From a virus (Duplodnaviria > Caudoviricetes), in IMG/VR virus record IMGVR_UViG_3300025128_000057, positions 1-51,465 of that record: a DNA stretch of 51,465 nt; one strand, 5' to 3'. Under the pieces are notes generated by a model. That model made no database searches. It saw only the letters and a list, made by a program, of their open reading frames with translations, and was not told the DNA's origin. The first letter of the stretch is position 1. Each line of letters starts with the position of its first letter. Made by a program: the position numbers and the translations under genes. Shown piece after piece: positions 35,700 through 45,180 of the stretch.

Positions 35700-35788
35700 G
35701 TGATTTCTCCTATTGTTCGGGTCACCCACAGAATCAAGTCGAACCAGATGCTCTGGTGAACTTTGACTGAGGTGATGATTGCTGCCAT
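35696..35788 (-). CDS. Leaderless 30-aa peptide (MAAIITSVKVHQSIWFDLILWVTRTIGEIT)
   Basis: ATG 6 nt after -10 of P10; ATGA overlap with next gene. Confidence 0.55.
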   Translation of the reverse strand: MAAIITSVKVHQSIWFDLILWVTRTIGEIT

Positions 35789-35823
35789 ATAATAATTATG
35801 CCTGCTAGGGGTCCCCCTGTCAA
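35788..35823 (-). promoter_or_regulatory. Family promoter P10
   Basis: TTGACA-17-CATAAT-6-ATGGCAGCAATC; operator CTAGGGGTCCCCCTGT 35805-35820. Confidence 0.85.
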
Positions 35824-35898
35824 GTCAATCAAGTAAAAAGCTCAAAATAATTTGAACGTACGCAAGCAGCACAAACGCATGGACTACACTCGCCAGCA

Positions 35899-35930
35899 GT
35901 GACCCCTGTGTCCAGTGCCCAATCGTGGCC
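35899..35930 (+). promoter_or_regulatory. GTGNCC repeat cluster in tail-operon leader
   Basis: GTGACC-cct-GTGTCC-a-GTGCCC-aatc-GTGGCC; GTGACC/GTGTCC pair recurs at 23241 and 37358. Confidence 0.5.
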
Positions 35931-35965
35931 GGTCCTTTGGCCGCGCCATTCCCAGAAGGAGCGCG

Positions 35966-36163
35966 ATGACAAAGTACAAAGTGACCGGTGGAGATGACGG
36001 CCAATCTGGGATTGAGTTCTCAGGTAAGCGTTACGAAGCTGGCCAAACTGTGGAGATGCCACCGAAGAAGGCCGAATGGCTTATCGAGATCGGCATTCTT
36101 GAAGTAGCTGGCAAAGCAGCTTCTGAATCAAAGATCGAAACACCGAAAGCTGAGGACGCATAA
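35966..36163 (+). CDS. Small tail-region protein
   Basis: SD AAGGAG; KRYEAGQTV...WLIEIG. Confidence 0.7.
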   Translation: MTKYKVTGGDDGQSGIEFSGKRYEAGQTVEMPPKKAEWLIEIGILEVAGKAASESKIETPKAEDA

Positions 36164-36918
36164 TGCCTACCTTCATTCACGGCAAAGGGACCAAAACCTA
36201 CATTGATGAGTTCGACCTGAGCGATTATTTCAATGCTGCGGACAGTACCTTCTCAGTAGAGACAGCGGATATTACTTCTTTCGGAGCCTCATCAAGATCT
36301 TTCCTTCCCGGATTACAGACTGCCACGATGGGCCTCACTGGTTTATGGTCCGCCGATACTGACGGGTCAGACGAAGAACTCAACGCTCTGTTAGCTAACG
36401 CAACCAGCCCACTGTCAACAGTAGCGATACAAGCTGGAACGATTGGCAACAAAGCAATCCTGATGCAATCAGACGAACTGACTTACAACATTTCGTCACC
36501 AGTATCAGATGTCGTGTCAGTCAGCGCAGATTTCCAAGCAACAACCGATGGCACAACGAACCTGACATATTCAGGTCAAAGTGGAGTGCAGCTAACAACT
36601 GGAGCTTCATTAGCCTTTGGTGCCCTTGGCAATCTGGCAGGAGTTGATAACGCAGCGTCAAGCGCCAACGGCGGTTTCGCAATTCTTCACGTTCCCACCA
36701 ACTCGATTGGTGGCGGCGTAACAACAATCAAGGTTCAGCACTCGGCAGACGACTCTACCTACGCTGACCTGATTACGTTCTCAACGGTTGCGGCTTCCAC
36801 CAAAACCTCTGAGTTAAAGGCGGTCTCTGGGACCGTCAACCGATACATCCGTGCCACGGCCTCAACCGCTGGCTCATCCGGGGCGATAACTTACATGTTG
36901 TCGTTCGCTAGGTTCTGA
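36163..36918 (+). CDS. Tail tube-like protein with C-terminal extra domain
   Basis: MPTFIHGK...ETADITSFG..SRSFLPGL. Confidence 0.7.
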   Translation: MPTFIHGKGTKTYIDEFDLSDYFNAADSTFSVETADITSFGASSRSFLPGLQTATMGLTGLWSADTDGSDEELNALLANATSPLSTVAIQAGTIGNKAILMQSDELTYNISSPVSDVVSVSADFQATTDGTTNLTYSGQSGVQLTTGASLAFGALGNLAGVDNAASSANGGFAILHVPTNSIGGGVTTIKVQHSADDSTYADLITFSTVAASTKTSELKAVSGTVNRYIRATASTAGSSGAITYMLSFARF

Positions 36919-36930
36919 GGAGGACCATAA

Positions 36931-37341
36931 ATGCCTACATTCGTACACGGTAAAAGTGTTGACTTTGCTCTCGATGACACGGGAGGCACGAGCCGCAACA
37001 TTTCCGACACTCTAAATTCTGTTGACTTCCCCGAAGTTACGGAGACAGCTGATACCACCGCATTTGGTTCAAGCAGCCGTTCATTCATCGTTGGTTTGGA
37101 GAGCGCTACGTTCTCAATCAGTGGACTCTGGGACGCAACTGTTGACGGTTACATGAAAGGCGGCACAGAGCCAGCCTCACGTTCGTTTATTTACGGTCCT
37201 GCTGGATCAACTGGCGGCAACGTGAAATACACCGGCGAAGCGATCATGACGAACTATTCGATCTCATCGCCTGTCGGTGACGTAGTCACTTACTCGGCTG
37301 ACCTTCAGGTCACCGGTGCGGTAACTCGCGGAACATACTGA
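36931..37341 (+). CDS. Major tail tube protein
   Basis: MPTFVHGK...ETADTTAFG...YSADLQVTGAVTRGT. Confidence 0.8.
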   Translation: MPTFVHGKSVDFALDDTGGTSRNISDTLNSVDFPEVTETADTTAFGSSSRSFIVGLESATFSISGLWDATVDGYMKGGTEPASRSFIYGPAGSTGGNVKYTGEAIMTNYSISSPVGDVVTYSADLQVTGAVTRGTY

Positions 37342-37366
37342 TCCCAACAAACAAGGAGTGACCTAA

Positions 37367-37798
37367 GTGTCCAGACTTGCAGAACAAATAAGAGCCGCCC
37401 ACGATGTGAGCGCAGACCTATACGAGATCCCTGAATGGGATGTCACATTGGAACTGCGTTCTATGTCGGCACGACAGCGAGCAGCGTTTGCTTCAAACGT
37501 TGACTTTACTGCCGACGGCAGCGTACAAATGGATGCGAACCGCGTTGAACTGATGTGGGGTTCGGTTATCCAAGCATGCTGTTTCGATCCAGATAACGGC
37601 GAAAAAGTGTTTTCTGAAGAAGATATTGAATGGGTAATGGAAGAAAAAAATGCCAACGTAGTTGATTCGTTGGCGAACGCTTGCCTAGCGGTGTCCGGTA
37701 TGGGCGCAGACAGCGATGGTGACGCGGGAAAAGATTCCTCGGATTCCCAGACTCCAGAGGACGAGTTGCCCCTGAGCGACGCTTCTACTTCCAGTTAG
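37367..37798 (+). CDS. Tail assembly chaperone (gpG-like)
   Basis: IPEWDV..ELRSMS; precedes TMP; GTG start with SD AAGGAG. Confidence 0.8.
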   Translation: MSRLAEQIRAAHDVSADLYEIPEWDVTLELRSMSARQRAAFASNVDFTADGSVQMDANRVELMWGSVIQACCFDPDNGEKVFSEEDIEWVMEEKNANVVDSLANACLAVSGMGADSDGDAGKDSSDSQTPEDELPLSDASTSS

Positions 37799-37944
37799 CA
37801 AGAGAGCTTGGTATGACCGTTAGTGAACTCCTAGACCGGATGACTGCGAGTGAACTAACGGAATGGGCTGCCTTGTATTCGTTGGAGAACAGCGAACGAG
37901 AGCAGGCGCAGAATCGCGCCCGAAATAAAGCGAGGATGGGCTAA
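37726..37944 (+). CDS. -1 frameshift extension of chaperone (gpGT-like)
   Basis: Slippery G GGA AAA 37726-37732; -1 frame reads ERRFYFQLARELGMTVSELLDRMTASELTEW to TAA 37944. Confidence 0.8.
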   Translation, partial: GKRFLGFPDSRGRVAPERRFYFQLARELGMTVSELLDRMTASELTEWAALYSLENSEREQAQNRARNKARMG

Positions 37945-40900
37945 TGGCTGACCAAGTTGTTAGTTCAGTATCCGTTGATTTCAATGCGAAAGATGGTGTC
38001 ACTGGCACCATCAATCGGATGCGTGGGCAGTTCAAGACCCTACGCAAAGATATAGACGGCACGTCAGCTAAGTTTAAGAAACTTGGCGATTCGGCAATGG
38101 CTGTTGGCAAACAAATGTCAATGAGGATGACGTTGCCGATAGTTGCTGCTGGCGGCGCATCAATCAAAATGGCTTCAGATTTTGAGTCATCAATGACGAA
38201 AATCCAAAGTTTGGTTGGTCGCTCAGAGCAAGAAGTTAAAGGCTTAACTGAGAGCGTATTGAAGCTGTCGGGTGAAACGGCAAGAGCGCCACAAGAACTG
38301 GCTGACGCTATGTTCTTCATTACCTCAGCAGGTATCGAAGGCGCTGACGCCGCAAGCGTGTTGGAAGCCTCTGCGAAAGCAGCAGCGGTTGGGTTAGGTG
38401 AAGCGGCAACCATCGCTGATCTTGCTACGTCCGCCATGAATGCTTATGGCAAAGAGAACCTCGGAGCGAGCGACGCTACTGACGTAATGGTCGCAGCGGT
38501 GCGTGAAGGTAAACTCGAAGCCTCAGAACTTGCTGGATCAATGGGGCGTGTGCTCCCAGTCGCGTCAGCGATGGGTGTCAGCTTCAACGAAGTCGGTGCA
38601 GCATTCGCAGCGCTATCACGTACTGGTACCAACGCAGCAGAAGCAGCCACACAAGTTCGTGGCATCATGACTTCTTTATTGAAACCGACTCAGCAAGCTG
38701 AAGAAGCGCTGGCAGAGATGGGCCTCTCATCTGAAGGGTTACGTAAACAGATCGCAGATGAAGGGTTGCTTTCTACTCTCCAGACGTTGGCGACGGAGTT
38801 TGATGGTAACGCTGCTGCTTCGGCATCAGTGTTCGGTAACGTGCGCGCCCTTTCAGGTGTTATGGACTTGATGGGTAAAAACGTGGCTGGTACTGAAGCC
38901 ATTTTTGAGAGCATGAACAACACGCTCGGTGCCACTGATAAAGCGTTTGCTGTTACGGCAGAAACCACTGAATTCAAGATGAATCAAGCTATATCCGATT
39001 TTAAGGTGGCGATGATTGCGGTAGGGCAGGAGATCATCCCTGTCGTGTTACCAATGATTCAGAAGTTCGCAGAATTTGTTACCAAGGTTGTTAAAGCGTT
39101 TAGTGATTTACCCGGACCAGTAAAAACAGCAGTCGTAGTATTCGGTGGGTTGTTGGCGGTTGCTGGGCCGCTTCTCATTGCTGCTGGTGCAATGGTTAAA
39201 GCCTTTCTCGCCATTAAGGTTGCAATGGCTGGGATGCTTGGCCCCATCGGGTTAGGGATTGCCGCTGTCGGGTTACTTACGGTTGCAATCGTCAAACTTA
39301 CGGGTGCGGATAAAGAAGCCGAGACACGACAGCAAGCGTTAAATGAGCAACTGAAAGCTGCTGGCGATCCTTTACAAATGGTTCAGGAGCGTACGGCTGC
39401 GCTTACCGAAGAATACGAAAGGCTTGCTGGTACAACCCAAACGGTTGATGAGGGTATTGAAAAGCTCAACGGATCGAATGTTCTGTTGGGTGAGTTGATT
39501 GCTCGGGATGTTGCCCCTGAGTTTGAGAATCTTGATATCCGTATGCACGATGTCAACCGCACTGTTCGCACAGGTACGGACGAATATCAGCGCCTAGCTG
39601 GTCGTGCAAAAGTGCTTAGGGGCGACAACGCTCGTTTGGCTGACGTGCTCGAAGATGTTGACGAGTTCACATTAAAAGTAACGGGTTCGATGGCGAAGAA
39701 GCTGCGTGCTGGGGAACTGGACTCTGAACAAGTCGCTGAAATGCTTATTGCGTTAGACGAAACGGCTGACGCTTACGACGACAACAACGAGAAACTTGAC
39801 GAGCAAGCGAAGAAGTTCCTTACCAATAAAGACAACGCTGCCAAATATGCTCGGATGGTTGGTGTTGAGGTATTCGACTCGCTAGTTGATACGGCAAAGC
39901 TAACTGGTGAATGGAACCATGCGCAAGACGAGTTAAACAGAACTATCGCCAATGCCACTACTGACTACGCAATTATGGCGGATGGCATTAACGCTCTTGC
40001 GAGGGAAACCGAAGTAACAACCGATGCAGTAGCGGCGCAAGCAAAACAAGTAGAGAACGTCCGCTTGACATGGGAAGAACTACGGGATGCTGCCGAAGGG
40101 CGAGCGCTGTTCTTCACTTTGGCGCTTGACACCGCTGGCCTGTATGAGCAGTTGAACGAAGCGATGAACGCCATTATTGATGTCGGTTCGCTTATGCCGG
40201 GTGGTGACTCAGCGGCACTTGATACACAGCTTGCAATCTCTCGCCGTATTTCGGCAAAGCTCGTGGACACGAAAGCCGCTGATCGTAGAACAATGTCGTC
40301 GGCAGCTAAGGCTGCTACAGCGGAGTTTGAAAACTTTATTAAAAACACAACAAGTCTTGGTAGCTCTGTACTAACAGATTCGTTTGCTGAAGCGATTGTG
40401 GGATCACCAGAGCAAATCGGTAAAGCATTCGACAAGCTCTTTGATGATGCGTTCGATACGGGAATGACGCAAATCCCACAACTGCGCTCCACATTCGAGA
40501 AAGCCATTGAACAAAAAGGTGGCTTAATAAATCTCGCGAATATTCGCACCAAGCTAACCGAGGATCTTGTTACTGCTGAAGATCGGTTAGCACAAGCAAT
40601 CCAGAATCAAGCATCGGCGCAAAGCCGTGTCAATTCGTTAATGGATCAACGCTCACAGACAGCACAAAAAACTGCGTCAGCGTTTGGGTTTACGTTCGGG
40701 GAAACCCCCGGCGCTAATGCGAGCGGACGAGCCAAACAACTGCTCGCTCAATACACAGCGTTTCAGCTTAACCTTACCAAGCTCCGTGACCGTGGTTTCC
40801 CTGTAGACATAATCAGTCAAGTCATCGGGCTTGGTGCTTTTGAAGGCAACCAGACAGCACAAGCGCTCTTGGCGATGGGCGACACTGATTTCGGTGAGTT

Positions 40901-41714
40901 TGTAAGTTCGCTTGCTGGGATTAGCCGGATCGGTGCTGCAATCGGAAATCTGCAAGCTGGCATGATGTTCGACTCTGCGATTACCGGAGCAAACGATCAG
41001 CTTGGAGCAGCGACAAGTGGTGTTAGCGCTGCTCAGTTAGGAGTAACACAAGCAAATCTAGCTTTGGGTGAAAACGCTCAATCCATGACGCTTCTCGCTC
41101 GGGTGATGCAGGAAGATTTTGCTGGTGGAATCAAAGACTTCATCACCACGCTTGGTCCTTTGCCTGACAATCTTGATCGAGTTTTCGAGTTATTTATTGC
41201 GAAGTTTAACGCTTTAACTGAAGGCCAGTCACGAGGCATTTTCGACGTGTTGCAGAACCCTGCGATGGGGACTGTGCCTTCAATGATGCGACAGATGGCT
41301 AAATCATCAACAGGTATCGCAGGTATAAACAGCGGCGGTGGCGGTGGCGCTGGTGGTGGCGGTGGGCCTGCGCCGGGATCAAGATCTAACCCGATAGCGA
41401 TTGTTCCTATTGCTGCGCCTTCCGCAGCGATGTCAGCGCTGATTGACGCTGGGTCTTTAGACACTATTCAAAGCGTGCGACAACGCGATGCGATGCGGAA
41501 ACAAGGCGCAGGCTTTGCTTTTGCTGACGCTGGGTCAATGGGCCTGATGAGCGGCAGTGGCCGAGGCGGTACTACCGTAGATGCTTTGCCGGGTGGCGTT
41601 GTTATCAATGTTCAAGGCTCAGTTGTTACCGAGAAAGAACTACTCGAAACAATCCGCCAAGGAGCGTTGGAGATGCAGCGTTCAGGTAAATCGTGGTCAG
41701 TGGATGTGTTGTAA
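37944..41714 (+). CDS. Tape measure protein
   Basis: 1256 aa, Ala-rich helical, TP901-type core, hydrophobic middle segment. Confidence 0.92.
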   Translation: MADQVVSSVSVDFNAKDGVTGTINRMRGQFKTLRKDIDGTSAKFKKLGDSAMAVGKQMSMRMTLPIVAAGGASIKMASDFESSMTKIQSLVGRSEQEVKGLTESVLKLSGETARAPQELADAMFFITSAGIEGADAASVLEASAKAAAVGLGEAATIADLATSAMNAYGKENLGASDATDVMVAAVREGKLEASELAGSMGRVLPVASAMGVSFNEVGAAFAALSRTGTNAAEAATQVRGIMTSLLKPTQQAEEALAEMGLSSEGLRKQIADEGLLSTLQTLATEFDGNAAASASVFGNVRALSGVMDLMGKNVAGTEAIFESMNNTLGATDKAFAVTAETTEFKMNQAISDFKVAMIAVGQEIIPVVLPMIQKFAEFVTKVVKAFSDLPGPVKTAVVVFGGLLAVAGPLLIAAGAMVKAFLAIKVAMAGMLGPIGLGIAAVGLLTVAIVKLTGADKEAETRQQALNEQLKAAGDPLQMVQERTAALTEEYERLAGTTQTVDEGIEKLNGSNVLLGELIARDVAPEFENLDIRMHDVNRTVRTGTDEYQRLAGRAKVLRGDNARLADVLEDVDEFTLKVTGSMAKKLRAGELDSEQVAEMLIALDETADAYDDNNEKLDEQAKKFLTNKDNAAKYARMVGVEVFDSLVDTAKLTGEWNHAQDELNRTIANATTDYAIMADGINALARETEVTTDAVAAQAKQVENVRLTWEELRDAAEGRALFFTLALDTAGLYEQLNEAMNAIIDVGSLMPGGDSAALDTQLAISRRISAKLVDTKAADRRTMSSAAKAATAEFENFIKNTTSLGSSVLTDSFAEAIVGSPEQIGKAFDKLFDDAFDTGMTQIPQLRSTFEKAIEQKGGLINLANIRTKLTEDLVTAEDRLAQAIQNQASAQSRVNSLMDQRSQTAQKTASAFGFTFGETPGANASGRAKQLLAQYTAFQLNLTKLRDRGFPVDIISQVIGLGAFEGNQTAQALLAMGDTDFGEFVSSLAGISRIGAAIGNLQAGMMFDSAITGANDQLGAATSGVSAAQLGVTQANLALGENAQSMTLLARVMQEDFAGGIKDFITTLGPLPDNLDRVFELFIAKFNALTEGQSRGIFDVLQNPAMGTVPSMMRQMAKSSTGIAGINSGGGGGAGGGGGPAPGSRSNPIAIVPIAAPSAAMSALIDAGSLDTIQSVRQRDAMRKQGAGFAFADAGSMGLMSGSGRGGTTVDALPGGVVINVQGSVVTEKELLETIRQGALEMQRSGKSWSVDVL

Positions 41715-42950
41715 ATGGCGACCGCTGCGACAGTCAAAGTAGTTGTCAGGTTCTCTACTAGCGCCTCGTTCGGTCCGCCTCTTGTATTGAATGACGCATC
41801 AACACCTCTTGATACTGGTGTGCTGGCTGATTCAACTGTCACGATCCTTGATCTCACTAGCAACGTTCAAAATATTTCTATTAGCCGTGGCCGATCCAGA
41901 GTCCTAGACACTTTTGAAGGCGGGGTCGCCACAATTTCTTGTATCGATACGACAGGCGTTCTTGACCCTGACAACGGTACGTACGCTAACGAAATTAAAC
42001 CGATGATTCAGGTGGTGATCTCTGCCACGCATGGCGGCACAGAACGCTTCCTGTTCAGCGGATATATCGAAGCATGGAACTACACCTATCAGCAAGATAT
42101 TGACGCCTCCTACGTGACGATCAATGCTGTAGATGGTGAACGTATTCTGAACTTGGCGAACGTCAGCACCGTGGCAGGGCAAGCAGCCGGTCAAGATACT
42201 GGTACACGCATCAACAAAATCTTGAACACAGTCGGTTGGCCTAGCTCGGAGCGTTCTATTGATACGGGCGACACAACTTGTCAAGCAGATCCGGGTACCG
42301 CTCGTTCTGCTTTGACGGCGATTAGGACTTGCGCTACTACTGAGATTGGTGGGTTCTATTTAGATTCTGACGGCAAAACAAAGTTTGTGAGCCGAGAAAA
42401 CACGATCAAAGCGTTGGCTACTACACCGACACAGTTCAACGACACAGGCACACAAATTCCTTATGTTTCACTTGATTTCAATACTGATGACACGGTGTTG
42501 GCTAACAAGATCAGTGTGACTCGTACTGGTGGAACAACTCAAACCGCTTCCGATGCGACATCAATCAGCACCTATTTTGAGCGCAACCTTGTCCGCAATA
42601 ATTTGTTGATGGAAACAGATTCTGTTGCCCTCGATTACGCAAACGCAGTGTTAGCAACTCGTAAGGATGCTGATTTGCGTATCAAAGGAATCACTATCGA
42701 TTCAACCGCTGATGTGACTGCAACTGTGAACGCTGCGTTGGATACGGATTTCTTTCAACCGATTCAAGTGACCAGAGCACAACCGGGCGGCGGAACTATT
42801 ACGCGTAACCTGACAGTTCAAGGCATACGGCATAATATTACGACTACAAGATTTCTGACAACGTTCAATACGGCTGAACCTCTGGTGACAGGATTCATTC
42901 TGAACGACTCACAATATGGCGTGCTCGATACGAGTGCGCTGGGATATTAA
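41715..42950 (+). CDS. Baseplate hub/minor tail protein
   Basis: Follows TMP; ISRGR, FSGYI, GFILND..YGVL. Confidence 0.7.
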   Translation: MATAATVKVVVRFSTSASFGPPLVLNDASTPLDTGVLADSTVTILDLTSNVQNISISRGRSRVLDTFEGGVATISCIDTTGVLDPDNGTYANEIKPMIQVVISATHGGTERFLFSGYIEAWNYTYQQDIDASYVTINAVDGERILNLANVSTVAGQAAGQDTGTRINKILNTVGWPSSERSIDTGDTTCQADPGTARSALTAIRTCATTEIGGFYLDSDGKTKFVSRENTIKALATTPTQFNDTGTQIPYVSLDFNTDDTVLANKISVTRTGGTTQTASDATSISTYFERNLVRNNLLMETDSVALDYANAVLATRKDADLRIKGITIDSTADVTATVNAALDTDFFQPIQVTRAQPGGGTITRNLTVQGIRHNITTTRFLTTFNTAEPLVTGFILNDSQYGVLDTSALGY

Positions 42951-42959
42951 GGAGAAAAT

Positions 42960-43601
42960 ATGGCTGCACCTCTCGGTTGGAAGGATTTCGCTTCCGGTGA
43001 CGTTTTAACTGCCGCCGACATGGACGGCTATGTGATGGCGCAAATTATTGCAGTTTTCGCTGACGCTACCGCTCGTGATGCTGCTATCACTTCGCCACAA
43101 GAAGGGCAGCACGCGTGGCTTAAGTCAGACAACAGCCTGTATTTTTACACCGGATCTGCATGGGAGGCTTCGCCTGTTGGCGATATTACGGGAGTCACGG
43201 CTGGCACTGCCATGAGCGGAGGTGGCGCCAGTGGAGCGATTACGGTAAATGTTGACGTGCAATCGGCAAGTGTTGTGACCGCTACTACCTCGGATTATCT
43301 ACTGATTCAAGATGTCACGGACAACACAACCAAGAAGGCTTTGGCTTCTGATATTGCGGCTGCTGGTTCGATCACCTCAATCACTACGGCTTCTAACTCG
43401 GGTTTGGCTGGCGGCACGTCAAGCGGCGCCGCCACGTTGACCGCTGACGCAAACAACCTAAGCACGGCAACAGCGGTCGCTACGGACTACGTGATCATTG
43501 AAGACGTGACAGACAACTCCACAAAGAAAGCATTGATCAGTGATATCACGGCGCTGGTCCCACCATCAGATCCAATTCCGCTTATTCTGGCTCTTAGTTA
43601 A
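42960..43601 (+). CDS. Minor tail/fibre-base protein
   Basis: F.SGDVLTAA, FADATARDAA, repeated DY..I.DVTDN.TKKAL. Confidence 0.7.
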   Translation: MAAPLGWKDFASGDVLTAADMDGYVMAQIIAVFADATARDAAITSPQEGQHAWLKSDNSLYFYTGSAWEASPVGDITGVTAGTAMSGGGASGAITVNVDVQSASVVTATTSDYLLIQDVTDNTTKKALASDIAAAGSITSITTASNSGLAGGTSSGAATLTADANNLSTATAVATDYVIIEDVTDNSTKKALISDITALVPPSDPIPLILALS

Positions 43602-43610
43602 GGAACAAAA

Positions 43611-43937
43611 ATGGCAAATACGTTTAAGAACAAAGGCGCAGCTTTAACCAACTCGCTAGTGACTTATTACACCGCACCGGGTGGTACCACTTCGATTGTG
43701 TTGCTAGCTCAACTCACGAATGTGGACAACACAGGAGCGCAAGCTGGAACGGTGTGCTGGTACGACTCATCGGCAAGCGCAAAATATGATCTTGTGAAAG
43801 CTCTGTCGGTACCATCAAACGCTGCTGTTGGTGTGATAGCAGGCAAACTTGTGTTGGAGCCGGGGGACTACATTCAAGCCTCCTCCACCGCCAGTAGCCT
43901 CTTGGAGCTGTCACTTTCCGTTTTGGAAATTACCTGA
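43611..43937 (+). CDS. Tail-associated beta protein
   Basis: MANTFKN...YTAP...KLVLEPGD...SVLEIT. Confidence 0.7.
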   Translation: MANTFKNKGAALTNSLVTYYTAPGGTTSIVLLAQLTNVDNTGAQAGTVCWYDSSASAKYDLVKALSVPSNAAVGVIAGKLVLEPGDYIQASSTASSLLELSLSVLEIT

Positions 43938-44614
43938 TGCCAACTGGTTACGAGTCGGGCAAAACGTGGTCACCGATTGGCGCACAACCAGCGGTTTCTA
44001 CTTCTGCCGCGTCTCGTGTTTGGACTATGAATGAGGTTGCTTCTTATGTGAGCGCTGGCACTTGGCCACCAGTTTTAGAGTTTGTATTTGATCCTATTGC
44101 TACTCACACTTTTGATGGCAGCACTGCCTCATATACTTTTACGTCTATTCCTCAGACCTACGCTGACTTGCGTCTCATTACAAAAACAGCAGTAAGCGGT
44201 TCACATAGCAACGACTACCATGTTGCTGTTCAAATTAACGGTGACACGGGTAGCAACTATCGCTACTACTACTCGTATATTTACTCGTATAGCACTCAGT
44301 CGTCTGGCGGTTCGGGAGCTAGTCGGTGGCTCGTCGGGATGAACTTTGGTTCAACTACGTTGCCATACACTTGCATCATGGACATGCCTGATTATTCTTC
44401 TAGCGATAACGTGCCTGCTTTCACGTCACGGTACGGTCAAACTTCGCTCGACACCGGAACTAATGCTTACAACAGAACCGGGTGGGCGTCAGGATCTTTT
44501 GAAGGAACGATTGCAGCGGTAACGAGTCTGACGGTGGGAACGATGGGGTACGGCAGTTCAAATTATCCAAACGGGACGACCGCCACGTTGTATGGCATGG
44601 GAACGGCAAGCTGA
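43937..44614 (+). CDS. Tail-tip paralog A1
   Basis: TSAASRVW...WP; FTSIPQTYADL; NGDTGSNY; LYG. Confidence 0.7.
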   Translation: MPTGYESGKTWSPIGAQPAVSTSAASRVWTMNEVASYVSAGTWPPVLEFVFDPIATHTFDGSTASYTFTSIPQTYADLRLITKTAVSGSHSNDYHVAVQINGDTGSNYRYYYSYIYSYSTQSSGGSGASRWLVGMNFGSTTLPYTCIMDMPDYSSSDNVPAFTSRYGQTSLDTGTNAYNRTGWASGSFEGTIAAVTSLTVGTMGYGSSNYPNGTTATLYGMGTAS

Positions 44615-45180
44615 TGGCTGTAGGTGACCAACTCCAATTTGTTGGCGAAGTTCAAGGCGATGGCAGCGCTAACAGTCTTACTATTTCAGACATTCCTACT
44701 GACAGTCAGTCGTTTATTTTGACGGGCATTGCTGCTCATGTTCACTCCAGTTACAGCAGCGACCTAGTAGTACGATTCAATAACGACTCCAATACTCGCT
44801 ACAGGTGGACTCAATACCTGTCTAGTTGGGGCGGTAATCCTGCTGTGGGTCAATACCAGACTTCTTACATAACCATTGTGGCAGTGCCACCTAACACTTT
44901 GAACTCTGGAAAAGCTCGATCATGGTTCTACGCAGAGTTTTGGAACCTGTCTCAGAAAAGTACTTCTCCGGGGTCACCATCGATGATGGCTGAGGTCGGC
45001 GGCAAAAACAACACTACTGGTGACACGCCTTACAGCGGTATGCAGGGTTGCGGTTCGTACGTGTATTCAGATGGCGCACCAACCGGCACCGATGTGACCA
45101 GTCTTACTTTTACTCTCACGGCAGGTGGAGCGTTTACCGCTGAATCTAAATTACGTCTATACAAAAGGCCGACATCGTAA
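44614..45180 (+). CDS. Tail-tip paralog B1
   Basis: ISDIP, RFNNDS, DVTSL, LY. Confidence 0.7.
   Translation: MAVGDQLQFVGEVQGDGSANSLTISDIPTDSQSFILTGIAAHVHSSYSSDLVVRFNNDSNTRYRWTQYLSSWGGNPAVGQYQTSYITIVAVPPNTLNSGKARSWFYAEFWNLSQKSTSPGSPSMMAEVGGKNNTTGDTPYSGMQGCGSYVYSDGAPTGTDVTSLTFTLTAGGAFTAESKLRLYKRPTS

Noticed and set aside
41331-41366. GGC/GGT repeat in the tape measure gene
   Set aside because: Simple poly-Gly linker
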